A DNA stretch of 47,807 nt from Thermoanaerobaculia bacterium (GTDB lineage: Bacteria; Acidobacteriota; Thermoanaerobaculia; Gp7-AA8). The notes below the pieces were generated by a model. That model searched no databases. It worked only from the letters and a program-made list of their open reading frames with translations, and was not told the DNA's origin. The DNA lies in NCBI GenBank assembly GCA_041483175.1, contig JBGPFD010000001.1, positions 1 through 47,807 on the forward strand, in the 5' to 3' direction. The translations under genes and the position numbers were made by a program. Every line of letters begins with the position of its first letter. Position 1 is the first letter of the stretch. Positions 1 through 8,915 of the stretch are shown piece by piece.

Positions 1-137
1 AGATGCGTGCCGTGTTCGCGCGCGTGGCGCTCAGCCTTTTCGCGCGTGCGATTCCAGACCGTGACGTCGTGCTGTTTTGCGAGATGGCGGGCCATGGGGA
101 AACCCATGGCGCCGAGGCCGATGAATGCCAGCTTCAT
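1..137 (-). CDS. NAD(P)-dependent oxidoreductase, 3-hydroxyisobutyrate/6-phosphogluconate dehydrogenase NAD-binding family. Only the N-terminal 45 codons are present; the gene runs off the window start.
   Basis: My translation of the reverse strand from ATG 137..135 gives MKLAFIGLGAMGFPMARHLAKQHDVTVWNRTREKAERHAREHGTH. This is a Rossmann GxGxxG N-terminus typical of the family. It is absent from the ORF track because it is truncated. Confidence 0.6.
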   Translation of the reverse strand, partial: MKLAFIGLGAMGFPMARHLAKQHDVTVWNRTREKAERHAREHGTH

Positions 138-155
138 GGCAAAGCATTCTAAGAG

Positions 156-256
156 AAGAATGCAGAACGCAGAACGCAGAATGAAGAATCGAGAAACCTC
201 CCTCCGCCCGACGCTTTCTTCATTCTCAATTCTGCATTCTGCGTTCTGCATTCGGC
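156..256. repeat. Inverted pair of heptanucleotide tandem arrays forming a long imperfect hairpin: six units NAGAAYN, a 17-nt spacer, then six units RTTCTNC.
   Basis: Read directly. Left arm 156..197: aagaatg cagaacg cagaacg cagaatg aagaatc gagaaac. Right arm 215..256: tttcttc attctca attctgc attctgc gttctgc attcggc. About 34 of 42 positions are complementary. The array ends 18 nt from ATG 137 of the minus-strand oxidoreductase. Confidence 0.85.
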
Positions 257-412
257 GGACCCCACGAGACCCTCCGGCTCGCGTTGCAGAGAGAGAGGTA
301 GCTTCAGCAATTGGTCCACGGGAGCACGCCCATTCGCCCGCTCCCCGTGGCTGGGTCCGAGGTGGGCGCGTAGCTGAAGGGTCTCGAGCGACCCGCCGAA
401 TCGAATGCGACA

Positions 413-439
413 AAGAACAAAAAAGGGGCGCTACGCCCC
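413..439 (-). terminator. Intrinsic terminator downstream of the ferredoxin gene.
   Basis: On the minus strand: ggggcg tag cgcccc followed by ttttttgttctttg. It lies about 100 nt after the ferredoxin stop. Confidence 0.6.
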
Positions 440-540
440 TTTGCTGCCGTCTTCCGGCGCGAATCTGTTGCTAGTCAATCTAGTTCATGAACAAGACTAA
501 TCTAGTGACTCTGGTCACAAACTGGTCACGAATTTCAACG

Positions 541-801
541 TCACTTCTTGTACCAGTCCGCATTCATCTGCGTGTACTGTTTCCACTTTTCGGGGAGCAG
601 GTCCTGCGGGAAGATGGCCTGGACCGGGCAAGCCGGCTCGCATGCGCCGCAGTCGATGCAGACCTCGGGGTCGATGTACAGCATGGTCTCCTCGGCGAAG
701 GTCGACTCGTCCTTGCGGGGATGGATGCAGTCGACCGGGCAGACATCCACGCATGCCGTGTCTTTAGTGCCGATGCAGGGTTCAGCGATGATGTAGGTCA
801 T
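541..801 (-). CDS. fdxA: 7Fe ferredoxin (one 3Fe-4S plus one 4Fe-4S cluster), FdxA type.
   Basis: 86 aa, [28 protein letters not shown]...[17 protein letters not shown]. Cluster motifs Cx7Cx3CP and CxxCxxCxxxCP are present. A ggagga RBS precedes ATG 801. Confidence 0.9.
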   Translation of the reverse strand: MTYIIAEPCIGTKDTACVDVCPVDCIHPRKDESTFAEETMLYIDPEVCIDCGACEPACPVQAIFPQDLLPEKWKQYTQMNADWYKK

Positions 802-936
802 TCAGGAATTTCCTCCGTGGGAGATTGCGGGGGCATTGTAATCGATGACCTAGCGCGTCCAACAGGGTGCATGTGCCTGTGGCCATTCACGATCATGCCC
901 GTCACCGGAGAATGTGTCGTTCGGCACAGCACACGC

Positions 937-962
937 AGTCCTGAGTCCTGAGTCCTGAGTCA
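937..962. repeat. Direct tandem heptamer array: (agtcctg) x3 plus partial agtca.
   Basis: Read directly at 937..962. The last partial unit supplies the TGA stop (960..962, minus strand) of the Gre-like gene. I found no inverted partner. Confidence 0.8.
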
Positions 963-3032
963 TTCGTTCCACCGGCGGATCGACTCGATCTCATAGTCGT
1001 TTCCCATGAAGGTGACGATCTCGCCGGCGGCGTGACCGATCAGCGCCTTGGCGACGTCGGACTGGTTCGAGTAGATCCCGTGCTCCGGCGCCGACTCCCA
1101 CGGCCCGAGGATGGTGACCTCGCGGCGCACGTCGCCGTTCGAGAGCGACACCCTGGTTCCGACGCGAACGGCTCTGGTGTCGATCTGGGCGGGATCGAGC
1201 ACGTGGACGTGGGACAGCTCGCCCTGCAGCTTGCCGACGCGCGCGGAGAGGTACTCGTCGCGCTGCCGCGCCGATTTGTATTCGAAGTTCTCGCTGAGGT
1301 CGCCCATCTCGCGCGCGACCTGGATCGCTTTCTTGTTCGCCGGGATTTCGACTTTGAGCAGATGCTCGAGCTCGGCCCGCTTCTTCGACAGCGATTCGGC
1401 CGTGGCGTAGATTGGCTCGACTTGCGGCTCGCGTAAGGCCGGATACTTCATCAGCGCCGCGTGTTTCACGATGTCGCGGCGGTACTCCTCCACCGCGCCG
1501 TAGCGTTCGAGGCTCTCCACCAGTTTCCGCCCCTGCTCCTCGTTGTCCACGTTCATGAGAATCCGGACCACCAGCGCGCCTTTGTCGAAAAGGTCCTTGA
1601 GCCGCGCGCGAACGGGAGCGAATTCGTCCGAAGAAACGGCCTCGAGGATCTGAAAAATCAGCGCGTAATTGGCGCGGTCGGGCAACGGGTCGTGCTCCTC
1701 GAGTTGTTTGACGAACCAGTAGAAGGCGCGCGGGTGGCGCCGCGGATAGCGCAGCGTCTCATCGACCAGGCGATCGCGAATATCGGTATGCCCATCGCTT
1801 TCGAGCGCACCGATGACCATCGACAGGATGCGCGGCTCCTCATCGAGAAAGAAAATCTCGCTGTAGACCTTCGGCCAGTCGGGATGTGCGTGGCGCACCG
1901 CCGTCAGCGCGCGCTCGCGCAACGTCTTGTCGCCGATCGCCGCTACCGTTCGCGACGCCATCGGCCCACTGAGCAGCGACACCGTCTCGAACGGCGGCGT
2001 GTAGGAGCCGGGAAGCGACTCGAGGACGGCCAGGATCTGCCAGGCAGTGGCGGGATCGCTGCGCGCCAGCCGGGCCGCCACACTCGCCAGCGAGGAGGAG
2101 AATATGTCCGCCAGCTCCTTGCTTCGCCCGCTGTGCTTCCGCGCGAGCTCGAGCTTGCCTTTGGCGTCGGCGCGATCGAAATCGCGGCGGATCGCGTCGT
2201 CCGCCTCGCCGGTGGAAGCGTTCCACGAGTACGTTGCTTTCGCTCCCGCGCCGCTGACGACGATCTGGGGGTTCCTGCGGGCAGAGGTCCACCACGAGCT
2301 CCACTTCGCCTCCGGCACGATCCCGATCACCGCGTCGCGCACCTCAGCCATGGTCATCGGGCGCCCGAAACTCTGCAAAATGCGGGCGAACAATTCGGGC
2401 GGCGATTTCAGCGCTTCGGTGCGCAGCTTCTCCGGATCCAGGAACTTCTCATGGAGCACGTGGCCTTCCGGAATGGGCACAAGGAACTTGCCCGCCGCGC
2501 CCAGGGGCACCGAAACGCGCTTTTCTTTCTCGAAGTCGAGCCGGCAGATCCCAAGCTCCGAATTCAGCTCCACGACCACTCCCGCGCCGCGGCCGGCCAT
2601 GAAGTAGGTTTCACCTTCGTCGTACTGCATCCAGGTCTCGACCTTCTCCGCACGTTCCACAGGATTGCTCGCCGGTTCGCTGAATCCGGCGAAGTCGAAG
2701 ACTCGCGCAAAGCTCTTCCTGCTGCCGTAGGAGCTTCGAAGGGCCTGCTCGATCTGCGGCCGGAGCTGGCCGGGATGCTTGGAAAGTCGCCCGATCTCCT
2801 TCAGCACCTTCAGGCGCTGCAACCACATCTTTCGCTCGAGAAGCGTGTCGGCGAGCAGCGAGACGAGCGTGTCGGATTGGGTGCGCTGTTCGGCCTTACG
2901 AAGTTCCTTGGCGATTTTGAGAAATGCGGCGATGTCGCCCGGGTCGCTCTCCAACTGGTTCATCCAGAGCGATTCGAGGTCGTCGAACTTTTTCCCTGCG
3001 ATCAGCGCATGTGCATCGTCGGTGAAGCCCAT
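960..3032 (-). CDS. Long GreA/GreB-family protein: a complete Gre-like module at the C-terminus preceded by an uncharacterised extension of about 540 aa.
   Basis: The C-terminal roughly 150 aa align by eye to GreA. The coiled-coil tip is AREMGDLSENFEYKSARQRDEYL, and the globular domain is VRVGTRVSL...VTILGPWESAPEHGIYSNQSDVAKALIGHAAGEIV. ATG at 3032. Confidence 0.8.
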   Translation of the reverse strand: MGFTDDAHALIAGKKFDDLESLWMNQLESDPGDIAAFLKIAKELRKAEQRTQSDTLVSLLADTLLERKMWLQRLKVLKEIGRLSKHPGQLRPQIEQALRSSYGSRKSFARVFDFAGFSEPASNPVERAEKVETWMQYDEGETYFMAGRGAGVVVELNSELGICRLDFEKEKRVSVPLGAAGKFLVPIPEGHVLHEKFLDPEKLRTEALKSPPELFARILQSFGRPMTMAEVRDAVIGIVPEAKWSSWWTSARRNPQIVVSGAGAKATYSWNASTGEADDAIRRDFDRADAKGKLELARKHSGRSKELADIFSSSLASVAARLARSDPATAWQILAVLESLPGSYTPPFETVSLLSGPMASRTVAAIGDKTLRERALTAVRHAHPDWPKVYSEIFFLDEEPRILSMVIGALESDGHTDIRDRLVDETLRYPRRHPRAFYWFVKQLEEHDPLPDRANYALIFQILEAVSSDEFAPVRARLKDLFDKGALVVRILMNVDNEEQGRKLVESLERYGAVEEYRRDIVKHAALMKYPALREPQVEPIYATAESLSKKRAELEHLLKVEIPANKKAIQVAREMGDLSENFEYKSARQRDEYLSARVGKLQGELSHVHVLDPAQIDTRAVRVGTRVSLSNGDVRREVTILGPWESAPEHGIYSNQSDVAKALIGHAAGEIVTFMGNDYEIESIRRWNE

Positions 3033-3059
3033 CGTGAGCGGCGTATTGTAGCCGAGCGA

Positions 3060-4496
3060 TCAATCCCGCAGCCGCTGCAGGATTTTTTCGTGCACGCCGC
3101 CGAACGCGCCGGAGGACATGACCACTATCACGTCGTCCGGCCGGGCCTCGTGGGCCACCGTGTCGGCGATGACATCGATGTCCTCGACCTGGTCCGCTGG
3201 AATGCGGTCCGCGGTCAGGCGATCGACGATCGCCGCGACGGACATCATCTTGTCCAGACCGTAACGCGTCTCGTAGCGCTGGCGATGGAAGATCGGGCCG
3301 ATGATGACGCGATCGGCCTCGTGAAAGGCGTCGATGTAGCCGCGCTCGAATTCCTTGCGCACCGAGGAGATCGAGCGCGGCTCGAAGAGCGCCCAGAGAC
3401 GGCGGCCGGGATATCGCTTGCGCGCGCCGTGCAGCGTCGTGGCGATCGCGGTGGGGTGATGCGCGAAATCGTCGATGACCGTTACGCCGCGCTCCACACC
3501 CCGCACCTCCATGCGCCGCTTGATTCCGCGAAACGTCTCCAGCCCGCGCTGCATCTGGTCCGCGGAGAGCCCCCGCAGACGCCCCGCAGCGAGGCACGCC
3601 AGCGCGTTGAGCACGTTGTGCCGCCCGGCGAGCGTCGTGCGGAATTGAAACCACTCCTTTGCTTCCCACCAGGCGGTGAATGAGGTCCCCTCCGGCGCCA
3701 GCTCGACGCCGGTGGCGCAGAGTTCGTGCTGGCGGCCCCAGCCGAATGTGACCCAGCGCGCGCGCGCCGCGGCGCGGAGTCCGGCGACGTTCGCGTCGTC
3801 GCCATTGGCAATGATCACGTCGCCCGTCGCGACGCGCTGCACGGCCTGGCGGAAGGCGTCGATGACCGCCTGGAGATCGGCGTAGATGTCGGCGTGATCG
3901 AACTCGATGTTGTTGACGATGAGCGTATTCGCCGCGTAATGCAGGAACTTCGGCCCCTTGTCGAAAAAGGCGGTGTTGTATTCGTCTCCTTCGATGACGA
4001 AATCGGAACCGTCGCCGAGCTTGAAGTTCTGATTGAAGTTGAGCGGAATCCCGCCGACGACCATGCTCGGATCGCGTCCCGCCGCCTCCAGAATCCAGGT
4101 CATCAGCGAGGTTGTTGTGGTTTTCCCGTGCGTGCCGCTGACGACGATAGAGTGCTTTCCCTTGATGAACAGCGCGTAGATGGCTTCCGGCATCGAGGTG
4201 TACGGCAGGTCCATCTCCAGTACCGCCGCCGCCTCGGCGTTGGTCCGCGCGGCGATGTTGCCGACGACCACCAGATCGGGGCGAAACGTCTCCAAGTGCT
4301 CGCCCGTATACCCTTCGAGGACCGGAATGCCCAGCCTCTCGAGGTAGGTCGACATCGGCGGGTAGACATGCTCGTCGGAGCCGCCAACTTCGTAGCCGCG
4401 CTGCTGGAGCATGCCGGCCAGCGAGGCCATCGCGGTCCCGCAGATCCCGATCAGGTAAACGCGTTTGATTTCCGGCAGTTCTTTGACGTGGGGCAT
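3060..4496 (-). CDS. mpl: UDP-N-acetylmuramate:L-alanyl-gamma-D-glutamyl-meso-diaminopimelate ligase (murein peptide ligase).
   Basis: VYLIGICGTAMASLAGMLQQRGYEVGGSDEHVYPPMSTYLE...VSGTHGKTTTTSLM closely mirrors the E. coli Mpl N-terminus and P-loop. I chose ATG 4496 (MPHVKEL) over the TTG at 4505 used by the track. Confidence 0.9.
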   Translation of the reverse strand: MPHVKELPEIKRVYLIGICGTAMASLAGMLQQRGYEVGGSDEHVYPPMSTYLERLGIPVLEGYTGEHLETFRPDLVVVGNIAARTNAEAAAVLEMDLPYTSMPEAIYALFIKGKHSIVVSGTHGKTTTTSLMTWILEAAGRDPSMVVGGIPLNFNQNFKLGDGSDFVIEGDEYNTAFFDKGPKFLHYAANTLIVNNIEFDHADIYADLQAVIDAFRQAVQRVATGDVIIANGDDANVAGLRAAARARWVTFGWGRQHELCATGVELAPEGTSFTAWWEAKEWFQFRTTLAGRHNVLNALACLAAGRLRGLSADQMQRGLETFRGIKRRMEVRGVERGVTVIDDFAHHPTAIATTLHGARKRYPGRRLWALFEPRSISSVRKEFERGYIDAFHEADRVIIGPIFHRQRYETRYGLDKMMSVAAIVDRLTADRIPADQVEDIDVIADTVAHEARPDDVIVVMSSGAFGGVHEKILQRLRD

Positions 4497-4635
4497 GGGT
4501 CGCAAACTCAGTAAAACCGTGCTCTTCAGTAGAATGAGCCCGGGCGCTCGAACGGGAATCGTCCCCCGCGGCTCTCTGTTCGAATCAACGTTTCAAAACC
4601 ACTCACCAGCTGTTCAACACAGGAGGAAGTTGCGC

Positions 4636-5730
4636 ATGTCATCGAAGCGAATTCTCGTCGTGGCGATGGGTCTGTTCCTAGTCCTGATGGCCTCGTTCGC
4701 CAACGCGCAGGACAAGGCCGCCAAGTCTGCCACATCGAACGATGCGGAGAAGGCGCCGCGCCTGACCATCGTCGAACCGGTCAAGGAATACGGCGAAGTG
4801 CCGAAAGGCGACAAGCTCGATTGGTCGTTTCTGGTCAAGAACACCGGCACGTCCGATCTTCAGATTATTGCCGCAAAGCCGAGCTGCGGATGCACCGTGG
4901 CCGACTTCGACAAGGTAATCAAGCCCGGCGAGACCGGAAAGGTGACGGCGCATATCGATACCACCGCCTTCACGGGACCGATCGCCAAGACGGTCACCCT
5001 GGAAACCAACGATCCGAGCACGCCGACCTCGCAGCTCACCATCCACGCCATCGTCAAGCCGTACGTGGAAGCCTATCCGGCCGGCTTCGTGCGATTCAAT
5101 CTGCTGCAGGGCGAGGTGGGAACGCAGAGCATTACCCTCTATTCGGATGAGGACGCGCCGTTCGAGATCATCAACATTCGCGTCCCCGGCGACTGGGTCA
5201 AGGCCAGCACGCATAAGCTCGATGACAGCGAGCGGATCCCGAATATCGGCAAGACGGGGCAGAATCAGTACCGCGTCGACATCAGCGTCGGCAGCAATGA
5301 CGCGAAGATCGGCCCGATGGCCGACAAGGTCTACATCTTTACCAACTCCAAGCATCAGCCGGAGTATCCGGTGAGCGTGACTGGCGTGATCCGGCCGACG
5401 TACCGCGTCGAGCCGACGGCGCTGAATTTCGGCGAAGTGACACCCACCGACGCGGCCGCGACCCGCGCGGTCATGCTGCATTCGAACGACCTCAAGACGC
5501 CCGAGCAGTTCGTGATCACCAAGGTCGAGTCGAGCACGCCGGCCATCACCACCGCCTTCAAGCCGCTGGCGCAGAAGGGCGACTTCGAGGTCACCCTGCA
5601 GGTGGCGCCCGATGCCAAGCCGGGCGACATCGACGGAACGGTGAAGATCTACACAAGCGACAAAGTCAATCCCGTGGTGACCCTCCCCGTAAAGGGCACG
5701 ATCAAGGGAACGAGAGCGGCGGGAATGTAA
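4636..5730 (+). CDS. Secreted DUF1573 domain-containing protein.
   Basis: An aggagga RBS (4621..4627) precedes ATG 4636. The signal peptide is MSSKRILVVAMGLFLVLMASFANA. The DUF1573 hallmark is WSFLVKNTGTSDLQIIAAKPSCGCTVADFDKVIKPGETGKV. The upstream part of the track ORF (from 4465) overlaps mpl and was rejected. Confidence 0.8.
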   Translation: MSSKRILVVAMGLFLVLMASFANAQDKAAKSATSNDAEKAPRLTIVEPVKEYGEVPKGDKLDWSFLVKNTGTSDLQIIAAKPSCGCTVADFDKVIKPGETGKVTAHIDTTAFTGPIAKTVTLETNDPSTPTSQLTIHAIVKPYVEAYPAGFVRFNLLQGEVGTQSITLYSDEDAPFEIINIRVPGDWVKASTHKLDDSERIPNIGKTGQNQYRVDISVGSNDAKIGPMADKVYIFTNSKHQPEYPVSVTGVIRPTYRVEPTALNFGEVTPTDAAATRAVMLHSNDLKTPEQFVITKVESSTPAITTAFKPLAQKGDFEVTLQVAPDAKPGDIDGTVKIYTSDKVNPVVTLPVKGTIKGTRAAGM

Positions 5731-5763
5731 TCGAAGTACGTTTCTTTCGTCTCTGAAAACGAA

Positions 5764-5793
5764 ACGCCGCCGGGAACGGCGGCGTTTTTGTTT
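5764..5793. terminator. Bidirectional intrinsic terminator between convergent genes.
   Basis: acgccgccg ggaa cggcggcgt is followed by tttttgttt on the plus strand and by tttcgttttc on the minus strand. Confidence 0.7.
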
Positions 5794-5816
5794 GGAGTCG
5801 GAGAATGAAGAAATTC

Positions 5817-6454
5817 TTAATTGACGATCGAGACGCCGGTGCCATCCCCCAACGGCAGGATGATCGTGGTCAACCGCGGATCTGTGGTAATCCGCGTGTT
5901 GAACGCCCGCAACCCATTCGTCGCCTCATCGTGCCCGCCCTCCGCCACCGCGCCACCCCACAGCAAGTTGTCGCAGACGATCAGCGCGCCCGGCAGCAGT
6001 TTCGGCAGGAGCAGATCGAGATAGGCTTCGTACTCGCTCTTCACGCAGTCGATGAAGACGAAGTCGAACGGCCCGCCAAGGCGCGGAAGAACCTCCAGCG
6101 CGGCGCCCTGGTGAAACCGCACTTCACATGCCACCTTCGCCTCCGAAACGAAGCGCTTCGCCGTCGCCAGCGTCGCCGGATTGAGTTCGATGGTCTCCAG
6201 CACGGTCTCCCGCCCGCACTCACGCCCCATGGCGATCACCGAGTAGCCGATGTTCGTTCCAACTTCGATGATGTGCCGCGGCGCGGTGGCGCGCACCAGG
6301 ATGCGCTCGAGTTGCGCGACCTCCGGATCGGCGATCGGATGCTTGTGCTTCGCTGCGAACTCCTCCATGCGTGCCAGCAGCGGATCGCGCAGCGGCGTGA
6401 GCGCATCGAGATATGCGGCCTGCGCCCGCTTGAGGATGGCGTCGGCGCGGGACT

Positions 6455-6458
<4 letters not shown>
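5817..6458 (-). CDS. Class I SAM-dependent O-methyltransferase (family 3, caffeoyl-CoA O-methyltransferase-like).
   Basis: [16 protein letters not shown] (SAM-binding motif I) and [13 protein letters not shown] (a DADK-like motif). GTG start 6458..6456 overlaps the prfA TGA (6457..6455) as GTGA. An alternative start at MEEFAAK is possible. The part of the track ORF above 6458 overlaps prfA. Confidence 0.75.
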
Positions 6459-7534
<1,076 letters not shown>

Positions 7535-7542
7535 GACGACCA

Positions 7543-7618
7543 AGCTCTTAGCTCTTAGCTCTTAGCTCTTGGGAGGGGAACTGCCCTGGGAGCTAATAGC
7601 TTAGAGCTAAGAGCTACG
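7543..7618. repeat. Inverted heptamer arrays forming a hairpin that fills the whole DUF1385-prfA intercistronic spacer.
   Basis: (agctctt) x4 are perfect at 7543..7570. A 20-nt centre follows. Then agctaat agcttag agctaag agctacg at 7591..7618. The array sits 8 nt from the prfA ATG and directly abuts the DUF1385 stop at 7619. Confidence 0.85.
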
Positions 7619-8635
7619 CTAGGCGACCGCGGCTCGTTCGGGTTCGAGCGCGTCGTACAGGAGCGCCTCGCGCAACGCGACGATGGCAATCTCGAGCTGC
7701 GAGTCGTCCGGCTCTTTGGTGGTGATCTTCTGCAGCCACAGGCCGGGGGTAATCATCGTCCGGCAGAGGCGGTTGCCGAGGTGACGCGCCGAGAAGCGGA
7801 TGACTTCGTAGGCCAGGCCCGCGATCAGCGGAATCAGCACGACGCGGGCGAGGAACTTCACCGCGAACGGCATGGTCGACGGCACCATCGAGAAGACGAC
7901 GATCGAAATCACGAGGACGAACATCAGGAAGCTCGTCCCGCAGCGCGGATGCAGCGTCGATTTTCCGCGCGCGTTCTCTACAGTCAGATCCTCATTCGCT
8001 TCGAAGGTATAGACCGTCTTGTGCTCGGCGCCGTGATACTGGAATACGCGGCGGATCTCCTTCATGAACGAGATGGAAAAGAGATAGACAAAGAAGAACA
8101 CCGCGCGAATGAGGCCGTCGATGGCGTTGTACAGCAGATTGCTCATTGAGGGGAGAAGGTAATGGCGGATCAGATTGGTGATCCCCAGCGGCGCGAGGAT
8201 GAAGATCCCGATGCCCAGCAGCATGGCGATGATCATCGATCCCGTCACCGCCCAACTCGACATTTCCTGCTCCCCTTCTTCCGATTCCGTAGCCACGCTG
8301 GCCGAGTAGTTCAGCGCGCGAATGCCCAGGATCAGCGACTGGATGAGCACGACCGACCCGCGAAGAATCGGAAACTTCAAAAAGGGGTACTTCTTGGTAA
8401 TCGACACCAGCTTGTCTTTGCGTATAGCCACACCGCCGTCCGGCTGGCGCACGGCGATGGAGTAGCCGGTCAGCGAGCGCATCATCACGCCCTCGATGAC
8501 TGCCTGCCCGCCGATGAGCATGTCGACATTGCGGTCGGCGGCGGCCGGCATGGACGAGGTGAGGCCGTTCATCACCGCGCCGAACGTCCCGGTGATCAGC
8601 TTCGCCGAACCGACCCATGCCGCACGCAGAGACAT
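7619..8635 (-). CDS. DUF1385 domain-containing membrane protein (YqhQ-like).
   Basis: IGGQAVIEGVMMR and FQYHGAEHKTV motifs are present. ATG 8635 overlaps the rpmE TAA by 1 nt (TAATG). The rpmE-DUF1385-prfA order is a widespread conserved arrangement. Confidence 0.85.
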   Translation of the reverse strand: MSLRAAWVGSAKLITGTFGAVMNGLTSSMPAAADRNVDMLIGGQAVIEGVMMRSLTGYSIAVRQPDGGVAIRKDKLVSITKKYPFLKFPILRGSVVLIQSLILGIRALNYSASVATESEEGEQEMSSWAVTGSMIIAMLLGIGIFILAPLGITNLIRHYLLPSMSNLLYNAIDGLIRAVFFFVYLFSISFMKEIRRVFQYHGAEHKTVYTFEANEDLTVENARGKSTLHPRCGTSFLMFVLVISIVVFSMVPSTMPFAVKFLARVVLIPLIAGLAYEVIRFSARHLGNRLCRTMITPGLWLQKITTKEPDDSQLEIAIVALREALLYDALEPERAAVA

Positions 8636-8847
8636 TATTTCTTCACCTCTCTTTTCGCGTACCGCTGGTTGAAACGGTCGATGCGGCCGGCAGAGTCGAC
8701 CAGCTTCTGCTTTCCGGTGAAGAACGGGTGGCATTTCGAGCAAATCTCGACACGCAGCTCCTTTTTCGTGGAGCGCGTGACCCAGGTCTCACCGCAGGCG
8801 CAGTGAACCTGAACCTCCTGGTATTGCGGATGGATCTCTGTTTTCAT
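8635..8847 (-). CDS. rpmE: 50S ribosomal protein L31 (zinc-binding type A).
   Basis: [22 protein letters not shown]...[13 protein letters not shown]. Confidence 0.95.
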   Translation of the reverse strand: MKTEIHPQYQEVQVHCACGETWVTRSTKKELRVEICSKCHPFFTGKQKLVDSAGRIDRFNQRYAKREVKK

Positions 8848-8915
8848 GAATTTACCTCGGAACTTCCAAGTTTAGTCCAGAGTGTGGGAAAACGGCGAGC
8901 CAGTAGGAAAAATTC

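Noticed and set aside
7-474. 155-aa plus-strand ORF at the window start.
   Set aside because: It runs antisense through the oxidoreductase N-terminus, the heptamer hairpin and the terminator. It has no motif and no RBS.
1461-3683. 740-aa plus-strand ORF overlapping the Gre-like gene and mpl.
   Set aside because: It is an antisense shadow typical of high-GC DNA. The translation is Arg/Ala/Gly-rich with no recognisable domain, while the opposite strand encodes clearly recognisable Gre-like and Mpl proteins.
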